NCBI RefSeq assembly: GCF_022045235.1
Contig: NW_027266341.1
Span: forward strand, 13,392,001-13,456,000
Length of the DNA stretch: 64,000 nucleotides
Reading direction: 5' to 3'
Origin: Haliotis cracherodii
Lineage: Eukaryota
Positions 12,406 through 25,607 of this stretch are shown piece by piece. The stretch's first letter is position 1, and each line of letters starts with the position of its first letter. Under the pieces are notes generated by a model. That model made no database searches, was not told the origin of the DNA, and saw only the letters and a list, made by a program, of their open reading frames with translations. Position numbers and translations under genes: made by a program.

Positions 12406-13140
12406 TAACCTTTAGCCTGCTGAACTGATGCACGGCTAGTGACACACTGTACACTGTTAAATGGGCCCGACATTGGCGTTGAGAGCTTTAAAATAATACA
12501 CTTATATTTAGAAACTAAAATAGACGAAAATTATTGGTTAATAAATCTTGTTTATTATATGTTTATATTTGTTTATATAAACAGATAATGCCAGATATTG
12601 ACAATCAGATTGCCGAAGTGGAGAGAACTCTGCGAAAATCTAGCCATTGAATATGGAGGTCTAGAGTTGAGGAAATGGACAGATCAATCTGGTATTGAAC
12701 TTGGCGCCATAGATAGGAACCAGCGTGGCCGGAGAGTACGAGCATGGAACTCTTCAGGCCTAGAGGACAGTTATTGATGAGTGTTTAAAGGTCAAAGATA
12801 AAGTGTCTCGTAAAGACCCAAGAAGGAGGTTTCCTGCTCAAACAATCCATTCAACGTTGATTTACAGTAACGGACAACTTTTTCATTTTTTGTCGAGTAC
12901 CTCGCATCAAGTCTCTTGAACACCATCTGTTCAACATGGACAAAAATTAGTTTCTGCCTCGAGATGCATGTAAGCCATACGACGTGAATTGAAAGTCTCC
13001 GTAATTGATGTTTTTTGAATGAAAGGTTCAAAGATTGATTTTCCCATAAAAGGGCACCACTGATCCCTATCCATAGACATAAAACTAGTGGGGTTAATGG
13101 CAAAATGACTACAAAATACCACAATAATGCCAAACGTTTC
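12406..13140 (-). pseudogene. Degenerate piggyBac-like transposase fragment
   Basis: Minus-frame peptide NPTSFMSMDRDQWCPFMGKSIFEPFI...AYMHLEAETNFC resembles the piggyBac first catalytic block (P...lSiDEsM.PFkGR..f.qyi...k.ymlces.tgy). A TTAACCTTTAGCCTGCTG terminus-like motif lies at about 12406. Confidence 0.55.
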
Positions 13141-13602
13141 CTGATGGCTAAGTAGTCTGTCTAGAGGGAGACCAACAGTTGTAACATGACCACTGGCATT
13201 TGTAACTCAGGGAGACAGGATTTAGAAAGAAACATTTTCATTCATCTCAATCTATAATCGAAACTAATGAAATAATTGATTAAAAGAAAGCTCCAAATTG
13301 GTATGTACTAGACAACACAATCAGTGAATGGGGTAGAAGAAGTCTGTCCTTGGTACCAGCTCCTGACCCTGTCAGTGCAAGTGCATCTTTAATTATACAA
13401 TAAACAAAACCAGAATATTATGTGGGTGTGTGAGTGTGTTGGAATGAGGGTTGCTTTAACCAGGATTTCCATTACATAATTCTGTTGCTAACCAACAACA
13501 CAGACATTAAAATATTTCAATTACAAATCTCCGATCAGGATCACACACAGAATTGTGGGGGCATGTGGTCCTGTGTACAGCACACGGGTCACAATCAGAT
13601 GG

Positions 13603-13887
13603 TTTGTTTTTGGTTTGTTATTTAACGCCGCACTCAGCAATATTCCAGCTTGATGACATCGGTCTGTAAATAATCGAGTCTGGACCAGACAATCCAGTGA
13701 CTGATATCATGAGCATCGACCCACGCAATTGGGATACATGTATCAACCAAGTCAGCGAGCCTGACCACCCGATCCCGTTAGTCGCCTTTTACGACAAGCA
13801 TAGTCGCCTTTTACGGCAAGCATAGTCGCCTTTTACGGCAAGCATGGGTTGCTGAAGACCTACTCTACCCCGGAATCTTCACGGGTC
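13603..13887 (-). mobile_element. Family C, full length, with three copies of the internal 22-bp unit
   Basis: Flanking duplication cacgggtcacaatcagatgg (13583-13602 and 13880-13899). Confidence 0.93.
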
Positions 13888-13919
13888 ACAATCAGATGGA
13901 GTTAAGTATTGCTGGTAGC

Positions 13920-14095
13920 AGGGCGTAGGGTAGTTGGATGGGTGATGTGTTGCCAGCTTGACTCCTAAGAGTTTCTAGGGTTTCAATCCTGTCCCACATC
14001 AAGCACATGTGGCGTCTCATTGGGCAAGTGACTTTGTTCAAGAAACATGCTTCAGTTCACCCATCAGTTAATGGGTACCTGGTTGGATGAGATGG
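13920..14095 (+). mobile_element. Old CORE-SINE-like relic
   Basis: Degenerate tRNA head (gggtttcaatcc), then ttgggcaagtgacttt...cttcagttcacccatcagttaatgggtacctgg, resembling the CORE domain. Confidence 0.5.
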
Positions 14096-14592
14096 TCAAA
14101 TACATGTGACCAACCATGAGATAAGAATCCTGATGGGTTAAAAAATCACAGCTTAACATTTTATTATATTTTAAAACAACAGCATCTTCGGAAAACAAAA
14201 ATACAATTCAAAAGCTTCAATTCATATTTATTACAGAGATGCGTGACATCACACATGGCGATCTTCACTGAAGTTAGTTGACGTCAAATGTCTTCATGAC
14301 ATATAGCACAATCGTATTCTAGCACCCACTAGGTCCATTTTCTCCTGGTGGGTCCAATATGTTAACTTAGTGCCTTGTATACTCCAAAGGGAGCTGTAGT
14401 GGACATCTGTCATAGTCTAAGTGCATTTGAGCAGTTTTAAATTTGAAGGTGCATTGTACAAAGTCTGAAAATTTGTCCTGGAACAAAGCTCCCAAAAGAT
14501 CATGCTTGTGTTCCAGAAAGGCTTCAAGCCAATCAGGTCTCATTGAGATTAATGTCAGTTAACTGAAAGCCTAAACAACTCTGCAAAGCAAA

Positions 14593-14761
14593 TGAGTGAG
14601 TGAGTAAGTATGGTTTTAAGCCGCTTTTAGCAATATTCCAGCAATATCACGGCGGGGGACACCAGAAATGGGCTTCACATATTGTACCCATGTCGAGAAT
14701 CAAACCCGGGTCTTCAGCTTGACGAGCTAACGCTTTAACCACTAGGCTACCCGACAGCCCC
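14593..14761 (-). mobile_element. SINE family A
   Basis: Full length; TSD gcaaagc(aa/gg)atgag. Confidence 0.92.
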
Positions 14762-15589
14762 GCAAAGCGGATGAGGTCAAGTAAAGAAAATCAAACTGCA
14801 AAATACAACCCATCATAGTATTCCCGTCTGTACAATGTCACGTACATCATTCACAGTATTCACAAAGATTTCAGTCAACTTACAGTGACATTGCAGGAAT
14901 TATGAATGGATTTCCAGCGACATTAAAATCTCAATAATCTTATATAGTTCCCAAAGTCATTGTAAAATCAAAAATAAACATTATCCCAATTTCCTAATTT
15001 CAATCAGTATACAGCACTACATCTCCAACAGTTCATTACATTAAGAAGCAGCCACCTAAAAACCTGATGTCAGCTTCATTCTGGTGAAAATAACCAGCCC
15101 CAGAGAATCCCAATGTCAGAGAAACAAGAATGCAAGTTTGTCCAAATGTCTCATTCTGGAATAATGCACAACAATTTAACCTCAAACATTTCTCCGACAA
15201 CAGCCATATGAACAGAGCGAGAAGTGGGATTCCAACTGAATTTCCCCCACCGCTTTGTGTTGGACCCACAACAGCTGCATGACATCAAAGCAAAACACTT
15301 CCGCATTCATATTCAACACCGATGGCAAAGCTGTCATTTGGTAATTCAAAATAAAACATACTGCAGCAGCTATCGATCCAACTTGGGATGAAAATTGCTG
15401 CATTTGCATCAGATATTTTGTTTTAGCATCAGCCATGAATAAATGCAGGTTTGAAAGAATATTACAATAAAAAGCTTCCTTTAAATGAAACCTGGACAAA
15501 ATGGAATCATTCAAGGAAGATTAATAAATTCATGCTCACGGAACCTTAAAGAGCATGTTGGAAATGATTTTCATTCTGAAGAAGCATTT

Positions 15590-16005
15590 TCAAGTGAATA
15601 TTGTTTAACACAACAGATGTCTGTAGACCTCACATCTCAACCAGAATGAATGAGTAAATATAGTTTGACACAACAGCTGTCTGTAGACGTCATGTCTATA
15701 GTTCGACACAACAGCTGTCTGTAGACGTCATGTCTATAGTTTGACACAACAGCTGTCTGTAGACCTCATCAACCAGAATGACTGAGTAAATATTGTTTGA
15801 CACCACAGCTGCCTGTACACCTCACATCTCAACCAGAATGACTGAGTAAATATTGTTTGACACAACAGCTGTCTGTAGACCTCACAGCTCAAACAGAATG
15901 ACTGAGTAAATATTGTTTGACACAACAGCTGTCTGTAGACCTCACGTCTATAGTATGACACAACAGCTGTCTGTAGACCTCACATCTCAACCAGAATGAC
16001 TGAGT
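15590..16005. repeat. About 60-bp minisatellite with shorter (about 38-bp) variant units
   Basis: tttgacacaacagctgtctgtagacctcacatctcaaccagaatgactgagtaaatattg repeated. Confidence 0.9.
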
Positions 16006-16138
16006 GACTAATGTTTAACACTGCAGCTGAAATGTCTCAGTCATTAATTGAGACTGATAAACTATTGATCATGTTGATGTGTCTAAAGATAACTGGGCAT
16101 TACACAATACTACCTCTGGTTTCTATATATAGCAAACA

Positions 16139-16416
16139 GGGGCACGGGTGGCCCAGTCGTCTCATGGGCCGCGAATCACTGTGCAGAGTTGCGTCCCTTG
16201 GGCACACCAGAAACCTATGATTGTGGGTTCGAATCCCGGTTCGCCCCAATTATGTTTCTAGGTTTGTCAGCACCATACCCGTGCTCGTGGGTTTCTCCAA
16301 AGTGGTAAATGTCTGAGACCTGCATCACTTCAGGCTTTCCTCTCACATTAAGCTGATACACTGCGATATAACTGGAATACTGTTAAAAGCAGCGTTAAAC
16401 CCAACTCACTCACCAC
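16139..16416 (+). mobile_element. SINE family B, full length
   Basis: TSD atagcaaaca; GGGGCACGGGTGGCCCAGTCGTCT...GTGGGTTCGAATCCC head. Confidence 0.92.
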
Positions 16417-17677
16417 ATAGCAAACAATAAACAAGAATGACAAACTAATGAGACACTAATTGCTTAATGGAGGACACCTGTTGCTGGTCCACATAGATGC
16501 CGTCTTTGCTAGCCCCGATGAGATGCCTGGCTCATTGATCACGATGGTATTTTTGTAAATTGCAGGGTGGGCTATAAACTGGGTCCAAAATCTCCACTTG
16601 CGGTTGTTTAATTCTAATGATATTCAGGCCAGGGAGGTGATTAGTACAATCCCCTCACTCTCACAATAACTCAATTTTCACAAACAAAGATCTGTATTTA
16701 TTAAATTTGTCCCATAATAGAAGGCCATTTTGTGCCAAGTCTGGCCCCAGCCCTTCAACAGAAGATGGTCAGACTCTGTAAAGAAAGGCGGTATCGAAAT
16801 GGCGTCATTACCAATATGGAAATCAATAATGAAAACAGCTTCTATTCTCCTTACAACACATCTCAGTGTCACCAGTTCCTTGTGTCGAGACTGTCGTAGT
16901 TGGAATTCATACCCACTGTTAGACAGGGTTCATTTTCCCAAACCTGCTAAGACATTCTCTCCAATTTTGACGTAAATAGAATTATTTGCCCAATATCATT
17001 CTATTTTGTCTTACGAGTGGGACAAAATCGATCTACACTTATCCAAATTTGTCAAGACAGACAAAAGGAAAATGATGTTAGAATATTTCGCAAGGAGCGA
17101 GGGGTTTTATAGCTGGTAATTTGATTCAGTCTCCTCACGGGAGCAACAATTAGCAGTCTAGGTTATTGTTTATAGATCTTAAAACATGGTACTACATTTA
17201 GCAAGTATCCATGTACCTACAGGAGAAACTAGTCCATTATCATGTTGTTCCTAACAGGATTTTTATGTAAACAGGAAGGGCAAGAATTAAATTTCTTTAC
17301 GTGTGAATTCTCGATTTGCAATGAAAAAATCATGAAATGATTAATTTTCAAATTTATGTGAGTTTGGGGACCATTGTGACATCATTGGTTATCATGACAT
17401 CACAATCAAATGACATCACTATTCTTTCTTCCACTGAGGATGGTTAGCGGTATTTTGCACACTTATATACTGTTTACAGACTGGTAAAGTAGGAAGAATG
17501 ATTTTAGATGATAGAATTCACCCTCATGACTGTTGACATCAAATATATCCACATTCATCAATTAAAGTTGAAACTCATCAGAACACTTCTGAAATGTAAC
17601 CACTAATTTGAAGGTGATGTAGTGGCTTTTGGGTCTGGACCTCGATCAGACCACAGCTTCCATTGGAACCGATATAT

Positions 17678-17763
17678 CGAGTTTGGTTTTACGCCGCTTT
17701 TAGCAATATTCCAGCAATATCACAGCGGGGGACACCAGAAATGGGCTTCCTACATTGTACCCA
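17678..17763 (-). mobile_element. SINE family A, 5'-truncated
   Basis: Tail and body match family A. Confidence 0.85.
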
Positions 17764-17986
17764 CGATATATTGGGGAATACATCACAATTATTATTGCCT
17801 ACCTAATCCATGTTTGATTGTTCTCTAAAATACTTTGACACATTGTAACCATTACTTTCATCCAAAATTGACATGAATTGTGTCAAGCAATAACAAACAT
17901 CAAAGAGAAGATCAAACCCAGTCTCTGTTTCAGAGTAACCAAAACACAAACCACGAGGTTCTGCCGACATCATGCACATTTTCAAG

Positions 17987-18056
17987 CCCTTGATGGGATT
18001 CGAACTACAGACTTTATGATCTGAGGTCGGATGCTTTGTCCACATGATCAAAGAGG
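17987..18056 (-). mobile_element. Degenerate tRNA-like head of an old SINE
   Basis: Reverse complement ...GTGGACAAAGCATCCGACCTCAGATCATAAAGTCTGTAGTTCGAATCCC contains a B box. Confidence 0.4.
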
Positions 18057-18224
18057 TTAATCTTGTCAGCATGCAGACAAGGTAATGATGTCATCTGTGG
18101 GATGACTCCACGCACAGCTACACCCATTATTCATAAAAGACAAAATCCTTTTCATAACAATAAGAAATCTCTGCTAAAAGCAGAGACTGCTGAATGTGCT
18201 TATGAAACAATTATGAAGTAATTG

Positions 18225-20665
18225 AGTGGTTAAATGAGGGTTTAGGGGAGTGGTTGAGTGAGTGGTTGATTGGTTGGATGAGTTGTTGGATGAGTAGTTG
18301 AATGAGTTGTTGGATGAGTGGTTGGATGAGTGGTTGGATGAGTGGTTGGATGAATATTTGGATGAATGGTTGATTGATTGGATGAGTGGTTGAGCGAGTG
18401 GTTGGAAGAGTGGTTGAGTGAGTGGTTGATTGGTTGGATGAGTTGTTGGATGAGTAGTTGAATGAGTTGTTGGATGAGTGGTTGGATGAGTGGTTGGATG
18501 AATATTTGGAAGAATGGTTGATTGATTGGATGAGTGGTTGAGCGAGTGGTTGGAAGAGTGGTTGAGTGGTTGGATGAATGGTTGATTGATTGGATGAGTG
18601 TTTGATCAAATTGTTGGATGAGTGGTTGGAAGAGTGGTTGAGTGAGTGGTTGATTGGTTGGATGAGAGGTTGGATGAGAGGCTGGATGAGTGGTTGGGTT
18701 GGATGAGGGGTTGGATGAGTGGTTGGATGAGTGGTTGGATAAGTGGTTGGATGAGTGGTTGGATGAGTGGTTGGTTGAGTGGTTGGATGAGTGGTTGGAT
18801 GAGAGGTTGGATGAGTGGTTGGATAAGTGGTTGGATGAGTGGTTGGATGAGTGGTTGAATAGTGGTTGGTTGAGTAGTTGGATGAGTGGTTGGATGACAG
18901 GTTGGATGAGAGGTTGGATGAGCGGTTGGAAGAGTGGTTGGTTGAGTGGTTGGTTGGTTGATTGGATGAGTGGTTAGATGGGTGATTGGTTGATTGGATG
19001 AGTGGTTGGATGAGCGGTTGGTTGATTGGATGAGTGGTTGGATGAGTGATTGGTTGATTGGATGAGTGGTTGGATGAGTGGTTGGATGAGTGATTGGTTG
19101 ATTGGATGAGTGGTTGGATGAGTGGTTGGATGAGTGATTGGTTGATTGGATGAGTGGTTGGATGTGTGGTTGGTTGATTGGATGAGTGGTTGGATGAGTT
19201 GTTGGTTATTGGATGAGTGGTTGGATGAGTGGTTGGATGAGTGATTGGTTGATTGGATGAGTGGTTGGATGAGTGGTTGGTTGATTGGTTGGATGAGTGG
19301 TTGGAAGAGTGGTTGGATGAGTGGTTGGTTGATTGGATGAGTGGTTGGATGAGTGGTTAGATGAGTGATTGGTTGATTGGATGAGTGGTTGGTTGATTGG
19401 ATGAGTGGTTGGATGAGTGGTTAGATGAGTGATTGGTTGATTGGATGAGTGGTTGGATGAGTGGTTGGTTGATAGGATGAGTGGTTAGATGAGTGATTTG
19501 TTGATTGGATGAGTGGCTGGATGAGTGATTGGTTGATTAGATGAGTGGTTGAGCAAGTTGAATGAGATGTTGAGAGAGTGTTTGAGTGAGTGTTTGGAAG
19601 AGTGTTGAGTGAGTGTTTGGAAGACTGGTTGAGTGAATTGTTGATTGGTTGGATGAGTTGTTGGATGAATGGTTGATTGATAGGATGAGTGTTTGAGTGA
19701 GTGGTTGGAAGAGTTTTTGAGTGAATGGTTGATTGGTTGGATGAGTTGTTGGATGAGTGGTTGGATGAGTGGTTAGATGAGTGATTGGATGAGTGTTGGA
19801 TGAGTGATTGGTTGAGTGATTGGTTGATTGGATGAGTGGTTGGATGAGTGGTTGGATGAGTGATTGGTTGATTGGATGAGTGGTTGGATGAGTGTTGGAT
19901 GAGTGGTTGGATGAGTGGTTGGATTAGTGGTTGGATGAGTGGTTAGATGAGTGATTGGTTGATTGGATGAGTGGTTGGTTGAGTGATTGGTTGATTGGAT
20001 GAGTGGTTGGATGAGTGATTGGTTGATTGGATGAGTGGTTGGATGAGTGGTTGGATGAGTGGTTTGATGAGTGGTTGGATGAGTGATTGGTTGATTGGAT
20101 GAGTGGTTGGATGAGTGGTTGGTTGAGTGGATGAGTGGTTGGATGAGAGGTTGGATGAGTGGTTGGTTGATTGGATGAGTGGTTGGATGAGTGGTTGGTT
20201 GAGTGGTTGGTTGATTGGATGAGTGGTAGAGCAAGTTGAATGAGATGTTGAGAGAGTGTTTGAGTGAGTGTTTGGATGAGTGTTTGAGTGAGTGGTTGGA
20301 AGAGTTTTTGAGTGAATGGTTGATTGGTTGGATGAGTTGTTGGATGAGTGGTTGGATGAGTGGTTGGATGAATGTTTGGTTGATTGGATGAGTAGTTGAG
20401 CAAGTAGTTGAGCAAGTTGAATGAGATGTTGATAGACTGTTTGTTTGAGTGAATGATTGGATTAGCAAGTGGTTGAGTGGTTGAATGAGGGGTTGGATAA
20501 GTGATTGAGCGAGTGTTTGAGCGTGTGGTTAAGTGAGTGAATGGATGAGTGGTTGAGTGAGTGCTTGGAGGAGTTATTTAGCAAGTGAACAAGTGTGCGA
20601 TTGAGAGTGGGATACAATGAGTGAGTGGTTGATTGAGTAGTTGAGTGAGTGACTGAGTGACTGAG
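18225..20665. repeat. 12-bp-based satellite (GGATGAGTGGTT)n mixed with GGTT/GATT/GAGT tetramers, about 2.4 kb
   Basis: Direct inspection. Confidence 0.97.
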
Positions 20666-21275
20666 AAGATTTTTGGGTTAGTCAACTTGTGTTGAACCTC
20701 CAGGTGGCTAAATAATGACAAGATTAAGATTATTTAGATCAACCAAGCTCTCCAATGTAACAGATCTGTGATATCCTGAACAATGTGAATAGGGAGGACA
20801 AGATGGGATTAGAATAGAGCTCCAGTACTGGCCATTAACTCTCCACTTCCTTTCTCGGCTCAACAAACAGGGTTTGCTCAACCAGCAACCATAATGACCA
20901 TCCACTGGCACAACTAGCCACAGGCGATTGGTCAAGCCCGGACTTGGCCGCATGTCTATAAAGCCTGCCTAGCTGTGCCACTGGAGCAAGAGGAATCTGA
21001 CCCTGTCTTCAGACAGTCATCACATTAGTCTTCTAAATAGTATTTTCAATAATGTCAAACTTCCGACAAACACGACATGTGGTCAAATTAAGACAAAGAC
21101 TCCTTATTATTTGCTGGGAAGCTGTATGAACTTCATAGCTGTGCTTTGCCACAATGACAAGTGTATCACTGCGGAAGGTTGTATCAGCACATGCCTTGGA
21201 AACTCTGTTTTGATAGAAACTTACTCTGTAGAGAGTGTTGAAAGTTCTTTACACCACAGTCAGCAATATTACAGA

Positions 21276-21436
21276 GTGAGTGAGTATGGTTTTATGCCGC
21301 TTTTAGCAATATTCCAGCAATATCACGGCAGGGGACAACAGAAATGGGCTTCACACATTGTACCCATGTCGGGAATCGAACCTGGGTCTTCGGCGTGATG
21401 AGCGAACGCTTTAACCAACAGGCTACCTGACCGCCC
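21276..21436 (-). mobile_element. SINE family A
   Basis: TSD tattacaga. Confidence 0.92.
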
Positions 21437-21502
21437 GCACTATTACAGATAAACAGGCAGCCTAGAACACTTGAGTCTGGACAAAGCAGACCAGCTGTTG
21501 AG

Positions 21503-21668
21503 TGAGTGTGAGTGAGTATGGTTTTACGCCGCTTTTAGCAATATTCCAGCAATTTCACGACGGGGGACACCAGAAATGGGCTTCACACATTGTACCCATG
21601 TCGAGAATCGAACCCGGGTCTTCGGCGTGCGAGCAAACGCTTTAACCACTAGGCTACCCGATCGCCCC
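21503..21668 (-). mobile_element. SINE family A
   Basis: TSD ctgttgag. Confidence 0.92.
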
Positions 21669-21734
21669 CTGTTGAGAGCACACAATCAGCCAGGTAAAAC
21701 ATTCTAATTACCTGTTCTTTTTTGTCGGTTCAGG

Positions 21735-22066
21735 GTAAGGTGAGGTGAAATGGTTTAAGATTATTGCACATGCATAGCGACCTGATTGCACATATTTGTG
21801 TCTGTGTGGCTGCTTTTACTGAGAAGACTAGTGCTATCCAACAGAGATACCATGCCGCAGCTTAGCATGGATACCCCACTCAGACACAGTATACTGACCC
21901 TAAGCCGACCAGTCCTTGTTTTATCCCCTTAATGTTGATCAATCACAAGGCAGGGTAACAACAATTTCCATCTTTTAACATGTTTTGGTGTGACATGGCC
22001 AGAAATCAAACTACTTTCCGTTCCGCTTTCCGGATAGATGATCTATCCACTAGACCACGGAGGCAG
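21735..22066 (-). mobile_element. SINE family D, diverged
   Basis: Colinear with 10407..10753. Confidence 0.85.
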
Positions 22067-23039
22067 TTTAGTCACCACACGGAGATCCTTTAGTCATGGC
22101 CTCCAAATCAAATTAATCATATCTCCCTGTGTTGAACTTTTAACGTAGCATATGAACCATATAAGACTGTTCAGAGTTGCTGACCTTATGTCAAGGAATC
22201 TAGGAGAACAGAACATCTGTATTTTGATATAAATATATAAACAAAATCCAAATCTGACTCCCAAAAAACCATGACTTTGTAAAAACGTGTAAAATGTAGG
22301 AAATTTGCTGTCAGAAGCAATGTAGGAAAGGCTCTCCATGATAATCAGGTTCACTGTCGAAAAGCAAATCTTGACTTAAGTTATTCCACAGAATGAAATA
22401 TTGCCCGGAGAAGTTTGACAGCTGTGGTACTGGTTAGAAATAACCAGTCAGTAAACATGCAATTATCGTTCAGGCTTATTTTTTTAAATCTGACAAGTCA
22501 ACATCCCTGGACTATCTCATGTTGGATGAAGTGTACAGCAAAATAGAGGTCGGTGGTATAGGTGGCCATGTTCCATTGATCAAGCAGCTCCTCCTTCAAC
22601 AGGAACCAGAGCAAACATTCAGACTTGAAACTTTATAAACAACAACTTCTTGATTATTTCTCCACAAACTGTCCGGGCTCCGTTATCATTCACCAATGTC
22701 TATTGGTTCTACCCTCCAATGTCCAAACACCTACCGAAGGCTATCAAGACAAACATGATAAATCAGTCATAGCAATAGCCCCATATCCCATTAATTCCCA
22801 TAACACTGACCATTGGCCTATACTTGCCTTGTTTATGTCAAACACAGTGTAATTTCTTTTGATTGGTATATCAAAATGTCCCCATGAATTGGTATAAATG
22901 TCCATAGCTGCCACGGCTTGGAAGGTCATGCCAACAATCTCCATACTAATACATAGTTTTACCTTGACCTGGCCAGCCATCCTTATGACCAGTGGCTGCC
23001 GTGTACATCAGGAACACCAGGCACTAGTTGTAGGAAGCC

Positions 23040-23850
23040 AGCATTGACACCTGGTACCATCACTTTGACACATCGTGTACAGGTTGTGACATCTGGTACC
23101 ATCACTTTGACACATCGTGTACAGATTGTGACACCTGGTACCATCACATTGACACATCTTGTACAGGTTGTGACACCTGGAATGGGTTGTGACACCTACT
23201 ACAGGTTGTGACACCTGGAACGGGTTGTGACACCTACTACAGGTTGTGACACCTGGTCCAGGTTACAACACCTTTACTTTGTGACACCTGGTCCAGGTTA
23301 CAACACCTTTATTTTGTGACACCTGGAACAGGTTGCAACACTTTTACTTTGTGACACCTGGTCCAGGTTGTGACACCTTTACTTTGTGACACCTGGTACA
23401 GGTTGTGACACCTACTACAGGTTGCAACACCTTTACTTTGTGACACCTGGAACAGGTTGCAACACTTTTACTTTGTGACAGCTGGAACGGGTTGTGACAC
23501 CTTTACTTCGATACACCGGGTTGTGACACCTTTTTCTTGGTGACACCTGGTACAGGTAGTGAAATCTTTACTTTGTAACACCTGAAATAGGTTATGACAC
23601 CTACTACAGGTTGTGACACCTTGTACAGGCTGTGACACCTTTACTTGGTGACACCTGGTCTAGGTTTTGACATCTGGTACAGGTTGTGACACCTTCACTT
23701 TGTGACACCTGGTACAGGTTGTGACACCTTTACTTGGTGACACCTGGTACAGGTTGTGACACCTTCACTTTCTGACACCTGGTGCACGTTGTGACACCTG
23801 GTACAGGTTGTGACACCTTCACTTTGTGACACCTGGTACAGGTTGTGACA
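23040..23850. repeat. About 19-bp minisatellite acaggttgtgacacctggt with acctttactttgtgac variants
   Basis: Direct inspection; quasi-palindromic core cagg-ttgtgaca-cctg. Confidence 0.92.
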
Positions 23851-24053
23851 CCAACACTTTCATTCTTGATCAAAGGCACCAGTTGACAACCAGATCTCTG
23901 TGTTTGCAATGTTTCTTCTACAAATAGCAAGTTGTTTCAGAGATATGGTCTAAAGACACCACTATTAACAGTCAAAGTAAGACTTGTTGCCATGGAAACA
24001 GAATAAATAAAAATTATAAAAATACCTGAATAGAAACAGGCACCAGTTGACAA

Positions 24054-24163
24054 CCTGGGTTGAACAAAGTGATCTTAGCGCTTAGGTGATTGTAACTCCC
24101 ATCCCTTAACATAGACTTGTAGTGCTCAGGTTGTTTTGGTTGTTTTGCACAACAACACCCTGG
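24054..24163. mobile_element. Single-unit relative of the MITE at 138..558
   Basis: gatcttagcgcttaggtgattgtaactcccatcccttaacatagactt matches the 53-bp unit. Confidence 0.65.
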
Positions 24164-24406
24164 TCTTTGTGTATGCAACATTTCATGACAGAATATCTAT
24201 TAGTTTTAGATATATGATCCAGACAAAATATGATTACAGACCGTATTACATACAGGGGGGATAAAAACTTGAATATACATGTCTACATTGACTTGACTGA
24301 TAGGCCAAAATAATAGCTGGTAAATGAAATAGAATGTCAAGATGTTTCAATTGTCTCAGATCAGAAGGAATGAAATATTAATTGTCTGGCTTTGAAACAC
24401 ATTTGA

Positions 24407-24571
24407 GTGGGTGAGTGAGTATGGTTTTACACCGCTTTTAGCAATATTTCAGCAATATCGCGGAAGGGGACACAAGAAATGGGCTTCACACATTGTACCC
24501 ATGTCAGGAATCAAACCCGGGTCTTCGGCGTGACAAGTGAACGCTTTAACCACTAGGCTACCCGACTGCCC
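24407..24571 (-). mobile_element. SINE family A
   Basis: TSD tgaaacacatttga. Confidence 0.92.
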
Positions 24572-25607
24572 TGAAACACATTTGAATGCATGCCAAGTGT
24601 ATGGCGCCACACAGAATACTGAAATCCTGGTCCGCTAGTGAATATGTTCTGTGGTACTGCTATGACTCTGATACTGCATTTATTCTCCATCCATTTATCT
24701 TTACATGGTAGATATTATGTTTTTATCACATAATGGCTCGTGTTATTGATGCATAAAACCAAACCGATAAACTTATCACAATCCAAAAATAGGCAAATGA
24801 TGTCACCTAGCAGGAACTGCTGTAATTTCAAGTTCCATATCAATGCAATGCCTTCATCGTCAATTATCTGTTGACCGACGTTCCCAATATGCTTAAACTT
24901 GGGGTTCCCAATGTGTCTGCGTTTTTGAAGACAAAATAACCTGCAAGTCATCTTGCACTATATGATAAATTGGGCGTTTAACTAAAACACTGTACTCATC
25001 CTCTGTTTCTAAAGTTACATCATTGAGAGAAATTGAGTCTTTAGCTTACATGATGATAAGAATAGCATTATATAATAAAGAGATTATTATCCTTAAGTGT
25101 ATCTGTATTATAAATATGATATCTTAGGAACAAAACTTGTATCATGTGAGTCTTTGGTGCATAATGCAATATATATTCCTAATATGTAATATTATCGATA
25201 TGGAAACGCACTCAGCTCATAATCTCTATCTGTTATTAACAAATTTACTCATCCTACAAAATTTCTGATTCCAAGAAATTCGGCTTCAAACATAAGACCC
25301 CATAATTTACAATTCTGAATTTAAGCTTCAAAACATGATTGAGAATATTTCCATAATCAATACAACAGACCCTTCAATATCCACTGCCAAAACAGCTGAG
25401 CAGATGGAAATGCCAGTTAATGGCAATCTAGAAGTGACGGATCGTATATCATCCCTCTTTCAGGGTACACAACACAGACAGCCATCTATGTCAGAAAGGG
25501 GTCATGTGAATTGGTTTACCAGTGAGTTAGTAAATACTGTATTACGGTGAAGTCAGCATTATTCCAGCCACATCATGGAGGCTCATTCTCCGGTGCACAC
25601 CTGTACA

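Noticed and set aside
12792-13133. 113-aa ORF with a hydrophobic N-terminus as a membrane or secreted protein
   Set aside because: Better explained as an off-frame reading of a decayed transposase.
18211-20468. Repetitive ORFs (WMSG/HSSN/LIQP)
   Set aside because: Translations of the 12-bp satellite with no splice or homology support.
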